DNA of 59,080 nucleotides. Origin: a virus. Taxonomy: Duplodnaviria > Caudoviricetes. The translations under genes and the position numbers were made by a program. Shown piece by piece: positions 27,687 through 35,380 of this stretch. The notes under the pieces were generated by a model that was not told where the DNA came from, searched no databases, and saw only the letters and a list, made by a program, of their open reading frames with translations. The first letter of the stretch is position 1, and every line of letters starts with the position of its first letter. The stretch lies in the IMG/VR virus record IMGVR_UViG_3300031965_000032, positions 1-59,080 of that record; one strand, 5' to 3'.

Positions 27687-29284
27687 ACATCCCCTTGCGT
27701 CTGCATATCTTCACGATCCTTGCGGTCGGGATCGTCGTCATCGTCCGGTGCCTGCCCGTTCGCCGCTTCGGCGCGGCTCTTCAGCCCGAGCGCTTCGCGG
27801 CGGTCCTGCTCGCGCTTCGCTTCCTCGTAAGCATCGTCAGGATCGATCCCGTATTCCTCAAACACCAGCGAATCCGGCAAGCCGATTCGCTGTTTGATCT
27901 CAGCCGCCTTGGCCAGCTTCTCGTCGTCGGGATGCGGCTTGGTCGGCCCGCGCCAAAATGCCTGCGCTGCCGCCGCGCGATTTTCCAGGAATCCCATCAC
28001 CCCGCCGGGGAACGGCGTGCGGCCGGCCTCGATATCTTCTTCCAGCCAAGCTTCATATACCCGCTGCGCCAGCGGCGCGACGATGTGCCGGCGCCGATAC
28101 AGCACCCGCGGCCACACCACCGTCGTCGCCATCTTGTTCGACGTGAAGGTGGCGCCACGATAATCGCCGGTGAATTCCTCTGCGGTCATCGCTGCGGCGC
28201 GCGAACATTCCCGCAGCAGGAAGCGCGCGAAGCTCTCGTAATTCGCATTGGGATGTTCGGAACGAAAGAACTGCAACTCGTCCCCAGGAAAGCCGTGCAG
28301 CACCTTCCCATGAATGCCGAGATTCATGTCGGTCGCTTTGTACCATTGGGCCTTGTCCGTAAGCAATTGCTGCAAGCTGACCGCATCGGCCTGCTCGGCC
28401 CCGGATTGCATCGCTGCCAATGCTTCCGCTTCCGGCGCCGGGGATTTGAACATCGCCGCGAAAATGGTCTGGATCAGTGCCGTTGTCAGCGTCGCATCTG
28501 CGAGTTGATCGAACTGGCGCATGACCTTCAGGACAGAGGTAAACGGCGAGATGCCGCGCACCTGATCGGGCTCGCCGTCGAATACATGCACCACGATCGG
28601 CCGGCCCAGCGAATCGGTGGCGCGCGTCTCGACTTCCGTCTCACCGCCGAATGCGGTCTTGACCTTGATTAGATAGGCGCGCGGCGCGCCGCCGGCGCCG
28701 AGCCGCACTCCCATGACCAGATCGTTGCCATCGCTCCGCTCCGACAGCCGCCATGCCGGCAGCAGCTTTAGTTTCGTGAAAGACGATGACCCCTCGTGCC
28801 GGAAGAACGGCAGCGTCGCCAGGATTTCTCCCGTCGCCATCCAGTGGCGATAGGCTTGCACCAACTGCTGGCCGAACGCGAAGCGCGCGCCGGCATCGCA
28901 GGAACGCGGGTCTTCGGCCCATATGGAAAACCGCGTCTCGACGCCGCTGGCCCAGATGTTTGCTTCATCCTGCGTCCAGCCGAGCGCAGCCGCATTCGGT
29001 TTGGCGTTAAGGGCCAGACCATTGCCGCAGACCGAAGCGGCTGACTGTTCCACTGCGCCGCTCAGAAACCCGGAATTGTGCATGGAGTCGACGGTGCGCG
29101 CCGCCGACAGCCGCCATGCCGCTTTGACATCGTCGGATGCCTCGCGCAGCGCCGGTTGCCATCGCACGAATAGCGGCATCGCCTCGCCGCGCATGTAGGC
29201 AGCGGACGGCGCCGGACGCGCCGACGGCATCTGCACCGGGGCGGCCGGTGTGTCCGACCAGAAGTCGAGAGCGGCTGCTGTCAT
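27683..29284 (-). CDS. Portal protein (lambda family)
   Basis: QVRGISPF, FTGDYRGATFTS; follows the terminase; probable start MTAAALDF. Confidence 0.92.
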   Translation of the reverse strand: MTAAALDFWSDTPAAPVQMPSARPAPSAAYMRGEAMPLFVRWQPALREASDDVKAAWRLSAARTVDSMHNSGFLSGAVEQSAASVCGNGLALNAKPNAAALGWTQDEANIWASGVETRFSIWAEDPRSCDAGARFAFGQQLVQAYRHWMATGEILATLPFFRHEGSSSFTKLKLLPAWRLSERSDGNDLVMGVRLGAGGAPRAYLIKVKTAFGGETEVETRATDSLGRPIVVHVFDGEPDQVRGISPFTSVLKVMRQFDQLADATLTTALIQTIFAAMFKSPAPEAEALAAMQSGAEQADAVSLQQLLTDKAQWYKATDMNLGIHGKVLHGFPGDELQFFRSEHPNANYESFARFLLRECSRAAAMTAEEFTGDYRGATFTSNKMATTVVWPRVLYRRRHIVAPLAQRVYEAWLEEDIEAGRTPFPGGVMGFLENRAAAAQAFWRGPTKPHPDDEKLAKAAEIKQRIGLPDSLVFEEYGIDPDDAYEEAKREQDRREALGLKSRAEAANGQAPDDDDDPDRKDREDMQTQGDV

Positions 29285-29285
29285 G

Positions 29286-31211
29286 TCATCCGTTGAGCAT
29301 TTTAGCGAAATCGCCGAACGAGGGCCGCGCCGGAGGTGGCATGATCGCACCCGTTCGGGAGCGATGGGGCGCGGCAACCTTCGTTTCCAGTTCCGCGAAA
29401 ACCCGTTCTCTCCAGCGATCCCATCCGCGCATCGCGGCGAGCCCGCGCGCGTAGTTGGCGCAGTCGAGCGCCTCGTTGCGGCGCCCCTCCATGATCCGCC
29501 ATTCGCGCTTGACACGACCTCTGACGGTTCGCGTCACCAGCGACTCGGCGGTCAATTGCTTGACGGTCTCCTGCGACACGTCACCGGGGAGATGCACAAA
29601 GCCGACCGGATATTCGTCATCGGATTTTTCCAGCGCGAGCTGTCCGACGAGCTCCTGCTTGCAATACGAGACGCCGATGCCCAGCGTCTTCAATCCACCC
29701 TTGAGCTTCTTGCCGTTGATGGTCACGTCCATCTTGCCGATGCGGATGAACGCACTGTGATCGCGGTCGAGCCCATCGATGGCGTGCACGTTGCCGCGCC
29801 CACGCTGCGAACGTACAAACGCCGACACTTCGGGGGCGAACGCGCCGGAATCGATGCCCCAGTCCCGCACAGCCAGCTCGGCCCCATCTTCATGTTGCCA
29901 GGTTTCCTCGAACATACCGGCGAGTTCGGACCATACTTCCGGGCGGTTGGTCGCGCCCACCAATACCCGATGATCGATCAGCCAGCGCTCGCGCCGGCGC
30001 CCAAAACCCCAGATTGAGACCTCGATCCGATCCTTCTGCACGTCGCATCCGGCGAACAAGACAAGCACGCCGCGCGGCACCGAGCCGGAACGATAACCAT
30101 CGCGGCGCGCATAGACGGCATCCCAGTCGGGGGCGTCGCCACGCTCCTGCCAGGTTTCGCCGAGTATGGTGTTAACGAACACCTTTAGCAGCGTTGGGTC
30201 GCCCTGCGCCGCCGTCCAGCGCTGCGCGATCTCGACCCAACTCGACCATCCGACCGGCGAGTAAAGAGCCGACAGGTGATAACCGACCGTCTCGCCGTCA
30301 CCGGCGGCCGTCGCGCGCCACTCCCCGCGCCGGAGCATCTCGGTCTTGTGCTGTTCCCCGATCTCGGCGCCGCATTCCTCGCAGAAGTAGGCTGCCTTCC
30401 GCGGCTCGTCCTTCGGCCACTTCAATTGCTTGAATTTCAGCGTCTGCCAACGTTCGCAATGCGGACACGGCAGAAAGAAATACCGCTGATCCGTCTTCTG
30501 GAACTCCCGCTCGATGCGTGAACGGCCCGCGATGGTCGGTGTTGAAACCATGAACACCTTCCGGCGCGGGAAGTTGACGGCCCGAGCCTCCGCAAGCGTG
30601 ATCGGGTCGCCCTCCCCGTCCACGTCCCCTTTGTAGGCGTCGACCTCGTCGAGGAACAGATACCGCGCCGGCATCGAGCGCAAGCCAACCGCACTGTTCG
30701 CCCCGGTCAGAAATAGAATGCCGCCAGGGAACTCCTTGGCCTGAACGGTATTTCCTGAATCCCGCGATCGAACGTCCGCCACCAGTCCCCGCAGCACGGG
30801 ACTTTCAGCGATCATCGGCGCTATTCGCTGCTTTGATGCCTTCTTAGCGGCCTCAACCGTCGGTGCCACCGCCAGCATCGGTCCCGGCGCATGGTGGATC
30901 ACGTAGCCGATCCAGTTATTCCCGCATTCAGTACCGCCGAGCTGCACCCCTTTCATGAAAACGATGCGACGCACCGCCGACGAGGCCGACAGGTCGTCCA
31001 TGATGGCCCGCAGATACGGGGTGCGGCTCGTCCGCCATTTGTCCGGCTCGCTCGCCGCGCGCTGGGACAAGACCCGATGCCGATCGGCCCAGTCGCTCAC
31101 CGTCAGCAGCGGCTCGGGCTCGATCCCCTGACCCCAGGCCCGCGCAACAACGGCCTCAGCCCGCGAGACGTAGGTGTGGCTCGGCTCGCTCGGCGAGATA
31201 TTCTCTGACAT
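29286..31211 (-). CDS. Terminase large subunit (lambda gpA family)
   Basis: RTPYLRAIMD, KGVQLGGTE (Walker A), LFLDEVD (Walker B), STPT, CPHC/CEEC zinc motif, GCDVQ, RNEALDC. Confidence 0.96.
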   Translation of the reverse strand: MSENISPSEPSHTYVSRAEAVVARAWGQGIEPEPLLTVSDWADRHRVLSQRAASEPDKWRTSRTPYLRAIMDDLSASSAVRRIVFMKGVQLGGTECGNNWIGYVIHHAPGPMLAVAPTVEAAKKASKQRIAPMIAESPVLRGLVADVRSRDSGNTVQAKEFPGGILFLTGANSAVGLRSMPARYLFLDEVDAYKGDVDGEGDPITLAEARAVNFPRRKVFMVSTPTIAGRSRIEREFQKTDQRYFFLPCPHCERWQTLKFKQLKWPKDEPRKAAYFCEECGAEIGEQHKTEMLRRGEWRATAAGDGETVGYHLSALYSPVGWSSWVEIAQRWTAAQGDPTLLKVFVNTILGETWQERGDAPDWDAVYARRDGYRSGSVPRGVLVLFAGCDVQKDRIEVSIWGFGRRRERWLIDHRVLVGATNRPEVWSELAGMFEETWQHEDGAELAVRDWGIDSGAFAPEVSAFVRSQRGRGNVHAIDGLDRDHSAFIRIGKMDVTINGKKLKGGLKTLGIGVSYCKQELVGQLALEKSDDEYPVGFVHLPGDVSQETVKQLTAESLVTRTVRGRVKREWRIMEGRRNEALDCANYARGLAAMRGWDRWRERVFAELETKVAAPHRSRTGAIMPPPARPSFGDFAKMLNG

Positions 31212-31638
31212 GTTTTTCCAAGACGACCGCGAGTTTCACCTGGTCCGCCCCGATCTCCGCCGCAATCAGCGCCACCACCCGGCTCGGCCAGTTCAGAAGT
31301 GCGTCCCGCTCGCCCCGGGCCAGTTCGAAAACCTTCCGATGAACCGTCGCCGCGTCGACCAGCCGGCCATCCTTAACCGCGACCTCGATCCGCCTCAATT
31401 GGGCCAGAGAAGCCTCCTTGTCTGCCCGCGCCCGCGCAAACGATGACGATGCACCATCGCTCGCAGGCGGTGTACGGTGCCGCACGTTGCGCGCGCGATC
31501 CTCAACGACCTCCGACAGGCGAACGCGGCCGGCGTGCGAGCGGACCAGACCAGCCTTGATCTGTCGGCTCAGCGTGCTCTTGGCGAGGCCGAGTTGTTCG
31601 GCAGCCTGAGCCGGTGGAATCAAGTCATTTTCTGCCAT
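31156..31638 (-). CDS. Terminase small subunit (Nu1-like)
   Basis: N-terminal HTH; SFARARADKE...GRLVD...RDALLNWPSR; overlaps the terL start. Confidence 0.88.
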   Translation of the reverse strand: MAENDLIPPAQAAEQLGLAKSTLSRQIKAGLVRSHAGRVRLSEVVEDRARNVRHRTPPASDGASSSFARARADKEASLAQLRRIEVAVKDGRLVDAATVHRKVFELARGERDALLNWPSRVVALIAAEIGADQVKLAVVLEKHVREYLAERAEPHLRLAG

Positions 31639-31732
31639 GCGCTACGCCCATGCCTTGCGGCGCTCGACCTTATGAGCTGGTCCGATTGTGCGTTGCACTA
31701 TTTTTTCAGGTCTGTCGCTAGAGCAGCCAAAC

Positions 31733-31774
31733 AACTCTGTGTCTCGTATTCATTTTACACGCCAAGGAGGACCC
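31733..31774 (-). other. Putative cos site (cosQ-like GGGTCCT plus predicted cosN)
   Basis: Minus strand GGGTCCT + 23 nt ending TACG, the same spacing as lambda cosQ to the cosN nick; about 100 bp upstream of terS. Confidence 0.6.
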
Positions 31775-32016
31775 ACGATCCATCGGCAGGATTCTTGGCC
31801 ATCGTGGACAGCATCATTGTCGTTAATTTATTCCTAGAGATTGCCACACGAATCAGCGCGCCGTCTAAGGCGCGCGCTGGCCTCGGCAGTTAGAAAGATT
31901 CTGAGAGATAGGAGAGTCACAGAGAGAGTCTATCAACTTGAGCGCTCGCTTGACGCTCGCTACTGCTGTGGCCGCGACCGAAGTCAGTTGTGGAGGGGGA
32001 AGCGCGCGTAGTAGCG

Positions 32017-32138
32017 GGGACAAAATGTGCTTGTCAAGGTCACAAAATGATGTCCTCATGTCCTATTTTGCGTAAGCCGTTGATGTTGTTTGCAAACAAA
32101 ATTCCGTGCGAGGAGATAGTTACATAAAAAGGGACATG
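32017..32138. repeat. GGACAT-type repeat cluster with IHF-like site
   Basis: GGGACA 32017, ATGTCCT 32050 and 32058, AGGGACAT 32130; TAAGCCGTTGATG 32073-32085 approximates WATCAA-N4-TTR on the minus strand. Confidence 0.55.
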
Positions 32139-32184
32139 TATTATGGAACATTTTCTGGTTAATTCTCGTTCACTCGGGTATTTA

Positions 32185-32201
32185 TTGCACAATTTGTGCA
32201 A
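32185..32201. promoter_or_regulatory. Perfect 17-bp palindrome TTGCACAA-T-TTGTGCAA, probable operator
   Basis: 8+1+8 inverted repeat directly upstream of ORF 32210. Confidence 0.6.
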
Positions 32202-32209
32202 CGCTGATA

Positions 32210-32638
32210 ATGACTGATTCTATGGTCCAGGATGATGCGGCGACCGACGATCGGAGGCGGGCAGCTGTCGCCCTGGTTGGGGCTGGCCTTGTGCCTGTGG
32301 CAGACGCCGCTCGCTGGTGCGGACTGAGCCGGCGCCAGATGTACAACGCCTGCACGCGAGCCGGCATTAACCCTGCGATGGCACATCAGCTGCGGGTCTT
32401 AGCGTTGTTCGAAGAGTGGGAGGCTAGGATGGCAAAGGGCATGAACTGGAGCAAGTTCGGTGATCGTAACCGTATGCGGCTGCGCGGGTCGGAGTCGGCT
32501 GGCGGCATGTCTGAGGCAGAGATTATGCGCTTGGTCGGTGGCAACGGCGGCCAACGATCGCCTCGCCCGCGCGTTTCTAAAGCAGATCTGCGGGCACAGG
32601 CTGAGGCCGCTTTCCGAGAGTTTCAGAACGGGAAATGA
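32210..32638 (+). CDS. HTH-containing hypothetical protein
   Basis: VPVADAARWCGLSRRQMYNAC helix-turn-helix. Confidence 0.6.
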   Translation: MTDSMVQDDAATDDRRRAAVALVGAGLVPVADAARWCGLSRRQMYNACTRAGINPAMAHQLRVLALFEEWEARMAKGMNWSKFGDRNRMRLRGSESAGGMSEAEIMRLVGGNGGQRSPRPRVSKADLRAQAEAAFREFQNGK

Positions 32639-33272
32639 CGGGTAGCGAGCCTCGCGCCACGGCGGCGGCGGCCTCGATCTTTTTTGCCTCGATCCAGCTG
32701 CGGTACGGCATCTTGCTCCCTGACAGGCGGTCGATCCGGTACTCCCGATTGAGACTCCTGTAGCCCCCGCCGGCGAGCTCTCCAAACCTCCGCTCGACAA
32801 GTTCCGCGGCGGCAACTGCTGCGGCCTGCGCCCGGTCGAGTATGTCGTCCGGCTCGCAGCAGTCGCTGGCGACCTGGTTGATCGTCTCGATCGCCCGGGC
32901 GGCCGGGATTGCGTAGCGCCCGGCGCCGAGGGCTTGATCGGCCCATTGCTCGCCAGCCATCGTCAGGACCATCTCGGCGCGGCTGGCGTCACGGCACCAC
33001 CTGGCGCAGGCCAGCCCCATCCTGACCTTGCTCCGTGCGGCCAGGCCGGCGAGCCAATCTGCAGGACGCTGGACAGCTTCGACCACCACGAATTGCCGGA
33101 CCCGGAGCGGCGCCGCGACCGCGATGGCGCAAAGCGGCAGCGCCGCCATATAAGCGGAAATCAGCGCTTCCCGGCCCTTCGGCATTCCGAAACTACCCCA
33201 TACTAGCAGTGCGTCGCGGCTCAAGGCCGACTTTGTGATAGCAAATAGCTGATTTGTCGTCTTTTGATCCAA
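32577..33272 (-). CDS. Hypothetical protein
   Basis: 231-aa ORF, Ala-rich and helical; start uncertain. Confidence 0.55.
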   Translation of the reverse strand: MDQKTTNQLFAITKSALSRDALLVWGSFGMPKGREALISAYMAALPLCAIAVAAPLRVRQFVVVEAVQRPADWLAGLAARSKVRMGLACARWCRDASRAEMVLTMAGEQWADQALGAGRYAIPAARAIETINQVASDCCEPDDILDRAQAAAVAAAELVERRFGELAGGGYRSLNREYRIDRLSGSKMPYRSWIEAKKIEAAAAVARGSLPVISRSETLGKRPQPVPADLL

Positions 33273-33379
33273 GGTCGATCCACAGGGTTATTGGGCCTCC
33301 ATGAAGCCCTGGTAAGGAGGCAATAGAGGGGTTGTAACATTTCGTGATGACGGGCCGGTTTATTCCCGGTCGATTTCCC

Positions 33380-33408
33380 TTGCGCTTCCCGCGAGACTTC
33401 CCTATATT
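33380..33408 (+). promoter_or_regulatory. Sigma70-type promoter TTGCGC-N17-TATATT
   Basis: Canonical spacing; GGGGAG SD and ATG 33433 downstream. Confidence 0.65.
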
Positions 33409-33432
33409 CAAATCATCGAAGGGGAGATCAAA

Positions 33433-33618
33433 ATGTACGCCACCGGAAAACAGATCAACTTCATCAAGTTCCTGGCCACCGACCGCGGCTACGACAACGC
33501 GATCGATGCCCGCCGGCAGTTCGACGGCGTCATCAACTCGATCTCGTCGATGACCGTCCGCGACGCCTCGCTGATGATCGACTGGCTCAAGAGTGAACCC
33601 CGTCGGCAGGCGGCATGA
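33433..33618 (+). CDS. Small hypothetical protein
   Basis: ATGKQINFIKFL...ASLMIDWLK motif common in phage proteins; strong SD. Confidence 0.75.
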   Translation: MYATGKQINFIKFLATDRGYDNAIDARRQFDGVINSISSMTVRDASLMIDWLKSEPRRQAA

Positions 33619-33644
33619 AAAAGTGGGAAGGAAGGAGAGAACTG

Positions 33645-33947
33645 ATGAACGCGAACTCGAACTACACCGTTTATGACCGTGAAGATTCCAGCAGCTACGA
33701 CGACGGTTTGACGCGCGAAGAAGCGATCGCGCTGCGCGCCGAAAAAAATGCCGGATCGCGCTACGGCGACCGTTTCTCCGCGGTTGAGGACGCCGTATTT
33801 GCCCATTTCTTTTTGCTCCCGGCGGCCATCGTCACAAAACTTCGCGCGTTGCAGCCCGGCGTCGATGACGACGACAACGGCGTCGATGAGATTTTGAAGC
33901 TCACCGAAGGCCCCTACGTGCTGCCCGGCGTGTTGCCGCCAGGATGA
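33645..33947 (+). CDS. Acidic hypothetical protein
   Basis: AAGGAG SD before MNANSNY. Confidence 0.65.
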   Translation: MNANSNYTVYDREDSSSYDDGLTREEAIALRAEKNAGSRYGDRFSAVEDAVFAHFFLLPAAIVTKLRALQPGVDDDDNGVDEILKLTEGPYVLPGVLPPG

Positions 33948-34258
33948 CTCGCCGTCACCCCACCGCCGACGAGCGAGACCAGATGCGGGAGCTCAGACAC
34001 AAGGGGCTCTCGATTCCCGTCATCGCCGCGCGGACCAAATTCTCGAAATCCGCCGTGCATCGGGCAGTCCAGGGCATCGGCGTCGACGCCCGGCTCACTG
34101 CCAATCGCGACCGTGCGGCCATCCCGCCGCCTTGGCTCGGCAAGGCTCGGCGGATGCTGGCCGGCGGCATGACCCGGTACGCCGCCGCCGCCGCACTCGA
34201 TATCCCTACTTCGACGCTGTACCGCGCGCTCGCCAAATTCAGCGCGCTGATCAAGTGA
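33944..34258 (+). CDS. Tandem HTH DNA-binding protein
   Basis: GLSIPVIAARTKFSKSAVHR and GMTRYAAAAALDIPTSTLYR resolvase-type HTHs. Confidence 0.75.
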   Translation: MTRRHPTADERDQMRELRHKGLSIPVIAARTKFSKSAVHRAVQGIGVDARLTANRDRAAIPPPWLGKARRMLAGGMTRYAAAAALDIPTSTLYRALAKFSALIK

Positions 34259-34448
34259 GAGGAACTGAAATCATGCCGGATGACAATCAAAGAGCACTGG
34301 ACTTGGCAACCGCACTTGCGGAGTTGCACCGTTGCTTCTGCGCTCCCAGCGGTCCAGCTAGCTGTGAACTTCTGAAATATTGGCCGCTTCTGCCGATCGA
34401 CTGACCCCCGAGGCTGGCGAGCCTCACAACTGCGAGGAGTAGAGAACG

Positions 34449-34718
34449 ATGCGCCTAGAAGCTCGGCTGCTGTCCGCCCGAACTGGACTCCGTGACACTG
34501 CTTGCGAAAAGTGGATGAAGCACGCCGGGATCGACAACATCATGGATTTACGCACTCGCTATCCTGGCAAAGCCCATGCTGAGTGCATGGAATTGGCGAT
34601 AGCCGAAATCGAGAGCTTTATTTGCACAGCTGACAACCCGAAAAGCGGCCCGATCGACGAGGCGCTCGTCAACTCACTGGCACCCGAGCCCTTGCGAGTC
34701 CAATCGCGATCACGTTGA
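34449..34718 (+). CDS. Hypothetical protein
   Basis: GAGGAG SD; 89 aa. Confidence 0.5.
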   Translation: MRLEARLLSARTGLRDTACEKWMKHAGIDNIMDLRTRYPGKAHAECMELAIAEIESFICTADNPKSGPIDEALVNSLAPEPLRVQSRSR

Positions 34719-35313
34719 GGCCGTGCATCTTCCGCTTCAGGAACCACCGGACCCTATGCTCCGGGATACCGATGCCAGCGCATCGCTTGACGATATCGGC
34801 CCTCTGCACCGCCCACAGCGCGTCCATGCACACGGCCCTTGCGACCTCGGGCTTGTCCGAAAGAAACCTGATTGGCCAGTGGATGGCTTCCTGCATGCGG
34901 CCGATCTCTGCCGGCGTCGGCGGGATCACGACGCGGTTGCGCTGTCGCATGCTGCGCTCAAGCTCCCCGCCCTCTTGCTGGGCGTTCAGGTCGAACCGGT
35001 CGTAGACGTATTCCGGGAGAGTGTTCCCGAACGCCTTCGGCCTGGTGCTCATCGGCATCCGAGAAAGGACTTGGAACGCCTCTTCCATGCGATCGAGGAC
35101 GTGGACGGCAGTCCAGACGGTAGGCCGGCTCACCACGCCCGGCGGGCTCGTGCGTGCCCCATCGACCTGGCCGAGAAGCCCCGTGCGAGAGCCGTTAACG
35201 GCTGTCCGCTCGACCTTGACGCTGTGGGCCGCACGGTCGGAAAGGGACATAGGGACATGCTGAAAAGGGACATTAAAATTACGCATGTCACTTTTTCGCA
35301 GTTTTCTTTTCAT
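34669..35313 (-). CDS. DUF6362-like putative late transcription regulator
   Basis: WTAVHVLDRMEEAF...PPTPAEIGRMQEAIHW; last gene of the replication operon; start uncertain. Confidence 0.65.
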   Translation of the reverse strand: MKRKLRKSDMRNFNVPFQHVPMSLSDRAAHSVKVERTAVNGSRTGLLGQVDGARTSPPGVVSRPTVWTAVHVLDRMEEAFQVLSRMPMSTRPKAFGNTLPEYVYDRFDLNAQQEGGELERSMRQRNRVVIPPTPAEIGRMQEAIHWPIRFLSDKPEVARAVCMDALWAVQRADIVKRCAGIGIPEHRVRWFLKRKMHGLNVIAIGLARARVPVS

Positions 35314-35367
35314 TACAGATACTTACTTCCTGTCGTGACGCTTGTCGTATTTTGCGAATAGGACATG
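35243..35367. repeat. Iteron-like AGGGACAT repeats (candidate replication origin)
   Basis: AGGGACAT at 35243, 35251 and 35266; ATGTCAC 35285; TAGGACAT 35359; AT-rich spacer; directly downstream of the primase-helicase. Confidence 0.6.
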
Positions 35368-35380
35368 GTTTGGCGCGGGT

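Noticed and set aside
18784-29515. Long N-terminal extensions in the ORF track (starts at 19389, 19913, 22089, 22478, 24393, 29515)
   Set aside because: They overlap upstream genes extensively; downstream ATGs with SD or stop-start coupling fit better
2889-31893. Long plus-strand ORFs overlapping the late genes (e.g. 3337-4146, 15437-16348, 23548-24540, 27635-28672)
   Set aside because: Shadow ORFs expected in GC-rich DNA, antisense to well-supported genes and without recognisable motifs
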